From: Lysinibacillus capsici | GTDB taxonomy: Bacteria; Bacillota; Bacilli; Bacillales_A; Planococcaceae | DNA length: 40,000 bases | Direction: 5' to 3' | NCBI RefSeq assembly: GCF_003367505.1 | Contig: NZ_PXXX01000022.1 | Coordinates: forward strand, 17,625 to 57,624 | Part shown: piece after piece, positions 25,716 through 35,946 of the stretch | Position numbering within the stretch: the stretch's first letter is position 1 | Layout: every line of letters starts with the position of its first letter | Notes under the pieces: model-generated | Seen by the model: the letters and a program-made list of their open reading frames with translations, nothing else | Told to the model about the DNA's origin: nothing | Database searches by the model: none | Position numbers and translations under genes: made by a program

Positions 25716-26009
25716 AATTAAGGGGGCAGTAAAAGTGGGTTATATGCTGGAACGAACCTTAGAGCCTAACGTACCAAAGTGTAAAAATCGTTAGGATTGG
25801 TCAATCAGCAGGGAAGGCGACAACCAAGCCACCCTCAACGACTATCGGAATATCCGACTATTATATAGGTGACTATATAATAGAACCCCACCGTGTATAT
25901 CGTGAGATATGCTAATGATATAGTCTGTTCTTTACGTGAAAGCGTAAAGAGTGTAGCAGAAATGACTACACCCTAACTTTAGTGAGTTAGAGTAACAAAA
26001 GGCAAAGAG
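25716..26009 (+). ncRNA. Group I intron (ORF-less) in the tape measure gene
   Basis: P1 is gccctt/gggggc with a U-G wobble at the splice site. Q-like AATCAGCAGGG pairs with upstream TGCTG. R-like CTCAACGACTAT and S-like GATATAGTC form a 6-bp P7. Hairpins carry GNRA loops (GTGA, GAAA). The terminal G is at 26009. Confidence 0.85.
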
Positions 26010-27758
26010 ATGTGGCAAGGAGACGCACTTTCGATGGTTGAGCGTTTTGGATTGAATAAAGGTGAGCTAAACGACATTAAAAAAATGGCAATTCCAGAAC
26101 AAATAGCGGAAATTAATAAAATGCTTAATAAAATGGGTATCACCCAGGAAACTGTAAATGCAATGGGCGAAACTACACTCGGCTATTGGGCGCAGATTCA
26201 AGAACGAGTCGGTAAGTTTTTACGGCAAGTTGGTAATCTCGGTAACTCTAAACTTGGTGAGACACTAGGAAAAATCGTTGAAGCCTTCGATAATATCGAC
26301 CTAGACGGCATGGCAAAAAAGTTAGACGCCAAGCTCGCAGGATTAGTCGATAATGCAATCGCTTTTGGAAAGTTTGTCTGGAAATGGCGAGAGCCAATCG
26401 CTTATATTGCAGGAGCACTTACTGCAGCAATGGGCGCATTTGCCATTGTAGGCGTCATTGCAGCGTTAGCAAATCCAGTTACGTTAATCGCTGCAGGAAT
26501 AGCCGCAGCCGCAGTCGGTTTCAAGGCGCTCTATGATAATAGTAAGGTTTTCAGAGGGTTTATAAACGGTATAAGAAATGCTGTAAAAACGGTTTCAAGG
26601 ATATTTGAGTCTATGTTCATACTAATTAAAGGTGGCTTCAAGGATTATGGTAAAGGACGAAAAATTTTAGAAAATTTAGGACTGGAAGAAAAACAAATAA
26701 AAACAGTTATCCGATTTGCTTATGGCATTAAAGGCGCATTTGATAAGGTGAAAGCTGTTTTCAAAAGTATTTCGTTTATCTTTTCAGGACAACATAAAGC
26801 ATCTATCGACATACTAAAAAGTGTAGGATTTTCTGATGAAAAGATTACTAGTATACGTAAATTCGGAAATAGCCTAAAATCAGCTTTTGACACAGTAGGA
26901 AACATTTTCGGTGGTGTAGGTTCTATATTGTCAGGTGAGGGTTCAGCAGACTTAATAGCTACATTAGGGCTGTCTCCCGAAGTTGCTTCCGTAGTAGACA
27001 GTGTTATCAATAAAATTACATCTAAGATAAAATCACTGTGGAAAGCATTTAAAATGAATGGAGTCAGTGGACTCGTCGATGCAATTTACGGAAAAGGTAC
27101 ATTTGAAGCGATTAAAACGAAATTTGAAGAAGTCAAAGCATATATAGCCGAAAAAGTGACGCAATTTAAAGGTGTATTTGATCGTCTAAAAGAAGCGTTC
27201 TCTAAAGCGTGGACTACTATTTCTGACATCATCTCAAATGTGTGGTCGATTATTGAGCCGTATTTGAGTGGCTTTTGGAACATTTTACAGGTCATTGGGG
27301 ATATCGCAATGAAGGTTTTTGACAACATCATCGCTCCAGCAATCTCGTTTCTAGTTCAACTATTTTCAACGCTGTGGTCAATCGCGAAGCCTGTCCTTGA
27401 ATTATTAGGAATCGCATGGGAGGCGCTCTCAGCAATCATTAAATGGGCATGGGACAACGTGTTGGCTCCGTTAGTTGACTTCATTTTAACTGGCGTTAAA
27501 AACGCGTTAGAAGGATTTTCAGGAGCACTATCTATCGTTCAAGGATGGTTCGAAACACTTAGTGGTTGGATTTCGACTGCAAAGGGACATGTAAAGGACT
27601 TTATCGATTCAATTTCTAATGTTAAATTACCTGGTTGGATTACAAAGGGAATCAGCGCAGGAATAAACTTTGCCGGTAATTTTATTGGTGTTGGGAATGG
27701 GAAGGGTGAGTCTCCGAAATCAAATTATCATGGATTAGATTATGTGCCGTATGACGGT
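26010..27758 (+). CDS. Tape measure protein, exon 2 of 3
   Basis: It continues the TMP sequence (WQGDALSMVERFGL), has a central hydrophobic Ala/Gly-rich segment, and ends at ...LDYVPYDG. Confidence 0.8.
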
Positions 27759-28110
27759 TATTGTATAGCCGCTTAATAGAGAGATCTATTTCGAATAATC
27801 AACCAAAATCGGTAAAAGCTAAGTTGTGAAATCTAATTAACCGAAATTTTACAATATGCTAATACCGAGGTAAGCGAGAACATCACTCGCCACCGTAACG
27901 CATAGGGGTTGAGCGATATGAGAGCAAAAATATCCCCACGAGTGGTTGACACCTTAACGTTAATTTAATGTAGGTGAAAATGTATGCTGAGCCGGGTACG
28001 AATAAGAAATTAGTAAGCGCCTATCGATAAGATATGGTGCTTTTTGACGTACCGTAATGCGAGGAAACTCCCGGAAGTAGAGGATAAAAAGCCTTTACGA
28101 TAACAAACTG
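27759..28110 (+). ncRNA. Second group I-like intron (ORF-less) in the tape measure gene
   Basis: P1 pairs exon CGGU with GCCG (27768-27771), with U27758-G27768 at the splice site. Intron UAU/AUA continues the stem. The 3' exon begins UAU, allowing P10 with the same AUA. S-like AAGATATGGTGC can pair with CACCGT. The terminal G is at 28110. Confidence 0.7.
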
Positions 28111-28311
28111 TATTCGGCACGACTACACAAAGGCGAACGCGTTTTAACTGCGCGAGAAAATCGTGATTATTCAGACAGTAACAGCGGTGGTCCAGGCAGT
28201 GGTGTTTTAATCACTGGTAACTCGTTTACAGTACGTGAAGAAGCCGACATTGAGAAAATTGCGTACGGTATTGCAAAACTAATCGAAAAGGAGCGTGTTC
28301 AGATTGGCTAA
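28111..28311 (+). CDS. Tape measure protein, exon 3 of 3
   Basis: It encodes YSARLHKGERVLTARENRDY..., the conserved TMP C-terminal motif that normally follows DYVPYDG. Confidence 0.75.
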   Translation, partial: YSARLHKGERVLTARENRDYSDSNSGGPGSGVLITGNSFTVREEADIEKIAYGIAKLIEKERVQIG

Positions 28312-28972
28312 AAGCACTATCGGCATATGGCTCAAAGATCGTAACAACGTCTATAAGCAATTTCCAGTCAATCCAGAAGTAATTAATCGCGAGTCTCCTT
28401 TCGATTTCACTCCTGTAAAAATTGCAAGTCTCGGCGATATTATCATTCCAGGTGAGCGAGGATTGAAGAAGTATTCGTTTAGTTCGTTCTTTCCTCGCGA
28501 CTATAACGCTTCATATTGCGAATACGAGGATTTCATGGAGCCGTGGAAGTGGGTTGAGCAAATTGAAAAATGGCGTGATACACGCCTTAATTTACGTTTA
28601 ATCATTACAGGGACGCCAATTAGCGTTCCTGTATTTATTGAAGCCTTTGATTTAGAGCCAGAGAAGGCTGGAGCACCTGGCGATATTTATTATTCGATAA
28701 CACTTGTTGAACATCGTCCATTTACTGCGAAAGAATTGATTACGGATAGTAAAGGTAAAACAACAGCAACTCCCGTGAAGCAAACGCAAACTGCTGTGGA
28801 GAAAAAGCCTACAACGATAACAGTCGCAAAAGGTGATACATTATGGAAGATTGCGAAATCAAAATACGGTGATGGTGGTAAATGGAGCAAGATATACGAA
28901 GCAAACAAAACTACAATCGGCAAGAATCCAGACGTAATTAAGCCTGGTCAGAAGTTGGTGATCCCTACATGA
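28295..28972 (+). CDS. LysM-domain tail protein (XkdP-like)
   Basis: C-terminal LysM ITVAKGDTLWKIAKSKYGDGGKWSKIYEANKTTIGKNPDVIKPGQKLVIP. The start could be GTG 28295 or TTG 28304. Confidence 0.8.
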   Translation: MFRLAKSTIGIWLKDRNNVYKQFPVNPEVINRESPFDFTPVKIASLGDIIIPGERGLKKYSFSSFFPRDYNASYCEYEDFMEPWKWVEQIEKWRDTRLNLRLIITGTPISVPVFIEAFDLEPEKAGAPGDIYYSITLVEHRPFTAKELITDSKGKTTATPVKQTQTAVEKKPTTITVAKGDTLWKIAKSKYGDGGKWSKIYEANKTTIGKNPDVIKPGQKLVIPT

Positions 28973-30054
28973 ATTTACGAATACTACTTAACGGTTCTTA
29001 CGACATATCCGAAATGGTCGTTTCTGCCGAGCTATCTGGAGATACTTCGAAATTCAATCGGCAATTAAATGTTAGCGCAATTGTGACGAAAGATGGACGT
29101 ACTCCTTTATTTCGTATAAGCGAAGGTAGTCGTATTTCATTACGTATCGATAATAAGCTGTTATTTGTCGGTGTAGTATTTTCTCACGAAGTCAATAGTG
29201 AGGGAAACGTTACTTTAACAGCTTATGACAGTAATATTTATCTATCAAAATCTACAGACTCTCGTATATTTAAGAACAAGAAAGCGTCCGAAATTATTAC
29301 GACATTAGCAAAGGAGTTTGGAATTAAGACTGGCAAAATTGCCGACACAGGTTACGTTATTCCTTACTTGCGAATGTCGAATAAAACCCTTTTTGATATG
29401 GTTGTAACTGCACTTAGACTAACGCAAGGTCAAACGGGGAAACGGTATTTTATCGGTAACGATGCCGGTAATCTAACACTAACAGAAGGCGCAAAGTCCG
29501 AAAGGAAATACGTGTTTAAGGACAGTACGAACTTGATTAGTGCTTCTTTTTCATCGTCAATCGAGGACACAATTACGCAAGTCAAAGTAATTGGCGGTGA
29601 AAAAGGTAAAGAACGTACAGTTATTGCTAAAAACGAAAAACTACGCCAAAAGTTTGGTGTTATGCAGGCACTCGAAACAATGGACGAGAAAGCTACAGAA
29701 TCACAAATAAAACAACGTGCAGATATGCTCATGAAGCAAAAGGGTGTTATTGACGAGCAGTATCGTGTTGAGGTTTTAGGTATTCCAGAGGTGGATGTCG
29801 GAACACCTGTTTACATTAAAAATGTAATGACGGGCATTTATGGCGCTTTTTATGTAACAACCATTAATCACACTTATGCAGAAAATCATTTAATGTCGTT
29901 AGAATTAAGCCGTACCTACGATTTGCCTGACATTGATATTAATGACGATGATTTGAAACCTGAAACACCAAAGAAGAAAAAGAAAACGTCAAAGAAAGCC
30001 CTTGAAGCTGAGAAGAAAAAGAACGAAGCCATAAAGAAGGAGGAAGGTAAATGA
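28969..30054 (+). CDS. Baseplate hub / late-control-D-like protein (XkdQ-like)
   Basis: 361 aa in the position after the LysM protein, with a Lys-rich C-terminal tail. Confidence 0.7.
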   Translation: MNLRILLNGSYDISEMVVSAELSGDTSKFNRQLNVSAIVTKDGRTPLFRISEGSRISLRIDNKLLFVGVVFSHEVNSEGNVTLTAYDSNIYLSKSTDSRIFKNKKASEIITTLAKEFGIKTGKIADTGYVIPYLRMSNKTLFDMVVTALRLTQGQTGKRYFIGNDAGNLTLTEGAKSERKYVFKDSTNLISASFSSSIEDTITQVKVIGGEKGKERTVIAKNEKLRQKFGVMQALETMDEKATESQIKQRADMLMKQKGVIDEQYRVEVLGIPEVDVGTPVYIKNVMTGIYGAFYVTTINHTYAENHLMSLELSRTYDLPDIDINDDDLKPETPKKKKKTSKKALEAEKKKNEAIKKEEGK

Positions 30055-30437
30055 TGGAAGGAACTGGAGCATCGCGTTTATATCAACTTCTTGGAGGAAA
30101 TTCAAGCCCATCAGGCGTTGATATAAAACGAGCCGTAATTAAATCTTTACCTCCTGAAATCTCCGTTCAAGTTGACGGAGACTCAATCGATACACCAAGT
30201 GAAGGTATTATCGTTGCAGAACATTTACTTGAACATAAACGAACAATTAGCTTTACTGGCGGAACAGTTAGTGGTCAAGTACAAGATACGTACACTGGAG
30301 GCGGAGACTTACGTTCGCTTGAAATCATTGACGGAGAATTAACGTTTAAATGTGACTTAAAAGTAGATGACCCTGTCATTGTAGCAGTAGCAAATGACGG
30401 TCAAATGATATACGTACTAGATAAGGCGGTGGTTTAA
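30051..30437 (+). CDS. Baseplate protein (XkdR-like)
   Basis: 128 aa, placed by synteny with PBSX xkdR. Confidence 0.6.
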   Translation: MMEGTGASRLYQLLGGNSSPSGVDIKRAVIKSLPPEISVQVDGDSIDTPSEGIIVAEHLLEHKRTISFTGGTVSGQVQDTYTGGGDLRSLEIIDGELTFKCDLKVDDPVIVAVANDGQMIYVLDKAVV

Positions 30438-30438
30438 C

Positions 30439-30879
30439 GTGTCATTAACTCCTATAGAATACGAAATTTTAGCGGAAGAAGAAGATGAACTCGACTTAGA
30501 CACCCATACATTGCCCGTTATAGAAGCGTCCAGCACTTGGCGAATGGACTTAGAAAACGGACGATTACGTACCTTTATCAATGATGAAGATGCTATCCGT
30601 CAATATATCCGAAAAGCCCTTATGACGGCACGTAATCGGTACTTAATTTACGACGATACGTATGGAGAAGAACTGCGCGACCTTATCGGTCAGAACTTAA
30701 CACAAGACCTCATGAACGTTGAAATACCCCGAGTAGTTCGTGAAGCAATCGAAGGTGATGATCGTATTGAGGAAGTTTCTGACGTAACTGTTAAGCAATA
30801 TAATTCCGATGGAATTTTAATCGAAGTCACAGTAATCACTGTAGCAGGAATATTTATAACAGAGGAGGTGACCGTTTAA
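30439..30879 (+). CDS. Baseplate wedge protein (XkdS / gp25-W-like)
   Basis: 146 aa, GTG start, placed by synteny before the baseplate J gene. Confidence 0.6.
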   Translation: MSLTPIEYEILAEEEDELDLDTHTLPVIEASSTWRMDLENGRLRTFINDEDAIRQYIRKALMTARNRYLIYDDTYGEELRDLIGQNLTQDLMNVEIPRVVREAIEGDDRIEEVSDVTVKQYNSDGILIEVTVITVAGIFITEEVTV

Positions 30880-31949
30880 TGGCAATCACGCCACGATTTA
30901 ATGACCAAACAGAAGCGAATATCTTATCTCGTATGCTTGACTCAATTCCTCCAGAAGTTGATAAACGACAAGGGTCGATAGCCTATGATTTATCCGATCC
31001 AGCAGCACAGGAGTTTGCGCAGGCATATATAGCATTAGACAGAACATTGAGTTACGCATTTTTAAACGAAGATATGCCGTCTGATTTATTGACGTTAGGA
31101 GCATCAGACTTCGGTGTTGACCGTAAGCCTTCTGTTATTGCAAAGGGGGAAGTAACGTTTACTGGACCACAGGGTCAATATATACCTAAAGGGACACAAG
31201 TACGTACAGACGACGGTGTTTATTTTGTAACCATAAATGACGTTACTTTGACTTCTGAATCTGCGAAAGAATCTGTTGAAGCTGTACTTGGAGGAGTTAG
31301 TGGGAATGTCGGTATTGGTGAAATTAATACAATTGTCGGCGATCTTGCAGGCGTACTTACAGTTACAAATGAATTGGCGTTTAATAACGGAATAGATGAA
31401 GAAACTGACGAATCATTACTACAACGTGTTTACGATAAAGTCCGAAAGCCTGCAACAAGTGGTAATATCCATCATTACGAACAATGGGCACGGGAGGTAG
31501 CTGGTGTTGGTGCTGTACGAGTGTATCCGACTTGGAATGGTCCAAACACAGTAAAAGTCGTTTTGCTTGGTGATGATAAACGTACACCTTCACAAACAAT
31601 AATTAACGAAGCTACCAAACATATTGAAGATGAACGTCCAGTAGGTGCTAGTGTTACGGTAGTAGGAGCAACGGAAGTATTGATTGATATTACCGCAGAT
31701 TTGACGCTATCGCCAGATGCAACTATTAGTGAAGTACAGACAGCCATTGAAACAGCATTACATGAATACCTGGAGCCTTTAGCGTTTAAAGATCCTACAG
31801 TTAGGTATAACCGTATCGCTGCCATCATTTTAGACATTCCGACTATTGTTGACTATGAAAATCTTACAGTGAATGGCGGTACAGCAAATATCGAGATTAC
31901 AGACGAACAAGTTGCGGTTTTAGGGACGGTGAATATCAATGCCTTATAA
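30879..31949 (+). CDS. Baseplate J-like protein (XkdT-like)
   Basis: 356 aa. The N-terminal pattern ANILSRMLDSIP...DKRQGSIAYDL...P is typical of the Baseplate_J family. Confidence 0.8.
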   Translation: MAITPRFNDQTEANILSRMLDSIPPEVDKRQGSIAYDLSDPAAQEFAQAYIALDRTLSYAFLNEDMPSDLLTLGASDFGVDRKPSVIAKGEVTFTGPQGQYIPKGTQVRTDDGVYFVTINDVTLTSESAKESVEAVLGGVSGNVGIGEINTIVGDLAGVLTVTNELAFNNGIDEETDESLLQRVYDKVRKPATSGNIHHYEQWAREVAGVGAVRVYPTWNGPNTVKVVLLGDDKRTPSQTIINEATKHIEDERPVGASVTVVGATEVLIDITADLTLSPDATISEVQTAIETALHEYLEPLAFKDPTVRYNRIAAIILDIPTIVDYENLTVNGGTANIEITDEQVAVLGTVNINAL

Positions 31950-32586
31950 TCGTAAGCTGATTGATTATGTACCTCCTTATTACGATGAATTGCTCGAATC
32001 AAGCGAGTTATTATCCGCAGAAGATGCAGAGTTTGCACGCCTTAACAGCAGTATTGACGAGTTACTTTTACAGTTTAATGTTAGTACAACAACGTGGGGA
32101 CTACGAGAGTGGGAGCGTATTTTAGCGATTACACCAAAGCTGAATAGCACAGTCGAAACAAGACGCTCACGTATCTTGGCAAAATTGCGAGGTGTTGCAC
32201 CAGCAACAGTTGCAAATATGTTATCCATCATTAACGCTCACGTTCCGAATAAAGACGCCACATTAACGGAATTACCTGAGCCTGGAGTTGTTGTAGTTAA
32301 TATTCCCTTACAAAACGGTATTACTTTAACTGAATTAAATACTGACATTGCAACATATAAGCCAGCACATTTACAATTCGATATTACTGGCACAATCGAG
32401 GACTTAATCACACTAAGAGGTTCAGAGTACACATTCGATGTACCCTATCTTATTTGTGGAGAGTTTACAACGGACGATGCAAATGGCGTAGGCATGGGAC
32501 TTTCTATAAATGGGCAATCACAAGAATATGACTTTAATGTGTCGTATTTAATATGTGGCGAGTTTGAAGCACAGGAGGTGTACTGA
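31939..32586 (+). CDS. Tail protein XkdU-like
   Basis: 215 aa (YYDELLESSELL...EWERIL). The C-terminus has an internal repeat EY.F.V.YLICGEF (two copies). Confidence 0.65.
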   Translation: MPYNRKLIDYVPPYYDELLESSELLSAEDAEFARLNSSIDELLLQFNVSTTTWGLREWERILAITPKLNSTVETRRSRILAKLRGVAPATVANMLSIINAHVPNKDATLTELPEPGVVVVNIPLQNGITLTELNTDIATYKPAHLQFDITGTIEDLITLRGSEYTFDVPYLICGEFTTDDANGVGMGLSINGQSQEYDFNVSYLICGEFEAQEVY

Positions 32587-32888
32587 TGGCAATACAGGCG
32601 TTATATAGAAGTGCAATATTAGAGGCAATAAAAAAATTAGGTGCAAAAGCAATCGTAACAATTGGTGGCGTATCTAAAGAATACCCACTTTTAAATACAT
32701 TACAGACGGATGATACTATTAAACATTTCGTTTACTTAGAGAATGAAGTAGGCTCAATTACTTCTGCAAAACTGGTAGATTCGATGGGCCGCGAACTTCA
32801 AACTTACAACACAGTCATTGAAAAGGGACAAGACGGCTTAGTAATAGTCTTTGCAATTAAATTAGAGATCAAGGAGGGCACGCAATGA
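32586..32888 (+). CDS. Hypothetical tail-fibre module protein
   Basis: 100 aa, with its start overlapping the previous stop. Confidence 0.5.
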   Translation: MAIQALYRSAILEAIKKLGAKAIVTIGGVSKEYPLLNTLQTDDTIKHFVYLENEVGSITSAKLVDSMGRELQTYNTVIEKGQDGLVIVFAIKLEIKEGTQ

Positions 32889-33463
32889 CAGTCTTAGGAC
32901 GTAAAGCAAATCCTTACAATAAAACGGTATGGTATGACCAAATTAAAGACGTAACAACAGGTCAAATCATACAAGAGGGGACTCGTTTTAATCAAAAGCG
33001 AGCTAACAACATCGAGGATGGTATTTATGATGCTTATGAGTATATCATTCAATTGGAATCTACTGTAAAACGATTACAGGCTCAACTAGACATTGATGGT
33101 CGCGCTCCAGGTAACGGAGGTAGTTTTTTTGATGCCTTTGACGGAACACCTAGCCGCATGGTGTTAGATAAAGCCTTAACAGACATTATCGAGACTGTAG
33201 AGATAGGCACAACTACTTTAAAAGTAGCTAGTGTAGAAGGCTTCACAGCTTTTACACAGGTCACTATTTTTGATGATGTCGCAACAGAAGATGTAGTGAT
33301 TACAGAGGTAGGAACAAACACAATCAAAGTACAAGCATTAAAAAATGCGTACAAAAAAGGTGCTAAATTAGCGCGCAGTAACGTGGACATTGACTATATC
33401 AATGCTGAAATGGGTGTCGGTGATTGGCAGACATTTAACGTTGAGTTAGTGGAGGTGGTATAA
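32885..33463 (+). CDS. Tail fibre-associated protein
   Basis: 192 aa directly upstream of the large fibre gene. Confidence 0.5.
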   Translation: MTVLGRKANPYNKTVWYDQIKDVTTGQIIQEGTRFNQKRANNIEDGIYDAYEYIIQLESTVKRLQAQLDIDGRAPGNGGSFFDAFDGTPSRMVLDKALTDIIETVEIGTTTLKVASVEGFTAFTQVTIFDDVATEDVVITEVGTNTIKVQALKNAYKKGAKLARSNVDIDYINAEMGVGDWQTFNVELVEVV

Positions 33464-33465
33464 GA

Positions 33466-35946
33466 ATGGCAAAGTATTTTTATGATAAATATACAACTGT
33501 AGCTACTCAGGTTAAGGCAGACAATGCTCCTTGGCTTAATCATGGTAGTTCGGGATATAACGGAGAATATAGACAAGATTTTAGCATGCTCTATTTAAGT
33601 TATACATTCAATCCTGCCACCAACACATATATCGCAGGTCCTAAGTGGAATCCCAATAGTCCAGTAGAAGTTGGTTCAGTTGGTTATGCTATAACTTACG
33701 ATTCTTCGCAAGGTAGCGCAGTTCAATGGAACCGACTAATGAAATATACAGCATTAGAGGCGAGAAGTGCTGCAGTGGGTACTCTGATATGGGTTGAAAT
33801 GCAGGAGAGGAAAGCAAGTGAAAATACATCTGTAACAGACTATTCTCGGGGATCACTAGTGCAATCTGGTATTCTCGCAGAGGATGGAACGTATCCAGTA
33901 AATGGGCAACATACAGATGGATATTGGTATGTACGAGGTGCAATAAATACACCGCCAACAATGCCAGGGTCATTTACACAACCATCGGGGAATCTCGAAA
34001 TAGGTGATTCTAAAGTATTTTCAGTTGGAGCTGCTTCAGACGCGGAAGGCAATTTGTCCAAGTACATTTGGGAAGCATCTTTAAATGGTGGTGCTTACTC
34101 AAAAGTTGGAGAAACTACAACAAACAATCTAACTTACACAATACCTACAGCTACGAGCCTAAAAATGCGTGTTAAAGCTGTTGATTCAGCAGGGCTCGAA
34201 AGTGCATATCGTGAGAGTGGTTTGTATACTGTACAACCACCACAATATTACTATGATAAATATAACGTTGACGCTAAAAGGACTTATCAAGACACCGCGC
34301 CATGGGAGTATGTGTATGACGATAGTGTGACACCATCACTCGCGAGAAAAGCATTCGGGTTTAATCCGGCAACAAACAAATATTACCTAGGAGAGTTATG
34401 GGGGGAAAATGTCTCTATTACCGACCAAGCATTAATATATAACTATGCGTTTGATGGTTCTTACGTCACTCGTTATCAATTACCTACTTTTAGCGGCACG
34501 GGTAGTTCTAGTCACACTTACACAGGTGCAAAAGTATTTTTTAAGTACGCTAGTAAAAACACGTACACTACACAAGACGTACGCGGTTCATTAGTGCAAA
34601 CGGGAGTTATTGGAAGTGCTACAGCATACCCAGCAGATGGACGTCACACAGACGGTTTTTGGTATGTACGTAAATCACGTGTTAATCTATCCATTGCTTC
34701 ACCAACACCCTTTACATCACCAATACAAGGCAAAAAATTTAAACCGAGTGAGGTTGCTACAATTACTTTCGGAGCTTCTAACGCTGCTAATCTATCACTT
34801 TACGAAGTAGATTACAGATACAACACTACAGGTGCATGGACGCCATTACCATATAACAATACACTTTCTCGTAGTTTAACAATCACTACAGATAAGACAC
34901 TAAAAACGCTTGAATTAAGAGTGCGTGCTAAAGATACAAGTAATGTGTATTCGGATTACGTGTATTCAGAACCGTTTGAAATAGATCACAATGTGGCACC
35001 AACAGTTTCATTAACCGGACCTGGCGATAATACAACTCTATACGAAAATGATTCATATAACATTGCCGGTACTGCATATGACGACGATAAAGACCAATCC
35101 GTCACAGTATATTATCAAATCAACAATGAGCCACGTAAAGTATTAGCAACAAATCTAAGTCAGACGCAAATTTCTTTATTAAAGCAACTTACTTTTAAAG
35201 CAGGAAAATTATTTGATGGCGATACAGCACTTACTGGAACACTTGCCGAAGGTGTAGCACACACTTTAAAGGTATGGGCAGTAGATAGCGAGAATAGTCA
35301 ATCGACTACAGTAGAGCGAACATTCTATGTAGTACCTAACCGAGCACCAATTCTAACAGTCAATCCACCTAAACCATCTGGCATTATTAACTCTGATTCT
35401 TTTGAAATAAACGGTTCATATGAGGATCAAGATCAGAATGAAACAACGGTAAGTTACCGTATTAACGGCGCAAATCCAGTACAGATTACAAAAGGTACTA
35501 GCGGAGTCTTTGACTTTAATGTGTCTTTAGGAAGTCTACAAATTGGCGATAATGCAGTAACCGTTGAAGCAATCGATAGTTACGGAGCAAAGACGACACA
35601 CTCCGTAAAATTACGCAAAAATGAGGTAGCTATACCTGTCAATAAATCGACAGCTCGCTACAAAATTACACCGCCTACTGGTACTGCTTCGGAAATCCTT
35701 GTCTGGATACAACATGACGTTGAATTGACGCTTAAAGCATCGGTAAGCATGACGTTAGCCGGAGAACAGGAGTCATTTACACCTATGACTTTGACTAATA
35801 CAGCAAGTCTACCAAATGGTCAGGTTGAAGATGAGTTTTACCTAGCTGCTAATGAGGCGAAAGATTCGATTGTACTACAACTTCAACTTGAAAAATCGAA
35901 TTCTAACGCAAGCAACGCAATTACATTAATCATGGGGGTGCTTTAA
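33466..35946 (+). CDS. Tail fibre / receptor-binding protein with internal tandem duplications
   Basis: 826 aa. It has two ~250-aa modules, each ending RGSLVQ.G......YP..G.HTDG.WYVR followed by an Ig/FN3-like segment. Two further Ig-like repeats follow. Confidence 0.7.
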   Translation: MAKYFYDKYTTVATQVKADNAPWLNHGSSGYNGEYRQDFSMLYLSYTFNPATNTYIAGPKWNPNSPVEVGSVGYAITYDSSQGSAVQWNRLMKYTALEARSAAVGTLIWVEMQERKASENTSVTDYSRGSLVQSGILAEDGTYPVNGQHTDGYWYVRGAINTPPTMPGSFTQPSGNLEIGDSKVFSVGAASDAEGNLSKYIWEASLNGGAYSKVGETTTNNLTYTIPTATSLKMRVKAVDSAGLESAYRESGLYTVQPPQYYYDKYNVDAKRTYQDTAPWEYVYDDSVTPSLARKAFGFNPATNKYYLGELWGENVSITDQALIYNYAFDGSYVTRYQLPTFSGTGSSSHTYTGAKVFFKYASKNTYTTQDVRGSLVQTGVIGSATAYPADGRHTDGFWYVRKSRVNLSIASPTPFTSPIQGKKFKPSEVATITFGASNAANLSLYEVDYRYNTTGAWTPLPYNNTLSRSLTITTDKTLKTLELRVRAKDTSNVYSDYVYSEPFEIDHNVAPTVSLTGPGDNTTLYENDSYNIAGTAYDDDKDQSVTVYYQINNEPRKVLATNLSQTQISLLKQLTFKAGKLFDGDTALTGTLAEGVAHTLKVWAVDSENSQSTTVERTFYVVPNRAPILTVNPPKPSGIINSDSFEINGSYEDQDQNETTVSYRINGANPVQITKGTSGVFDFNVSLGSLQIGDNAVTVEAIDSYGAKTTHSVKLRKNEVAIPVNKSTARYKITPPTGTASEILVWIQHDVELTLKASVSMTLAGEQESFTPMTLTNTASLPNGQVEDEFYLAANEAKDSIVLQLQLEKSNSNASNAITLIMGVL

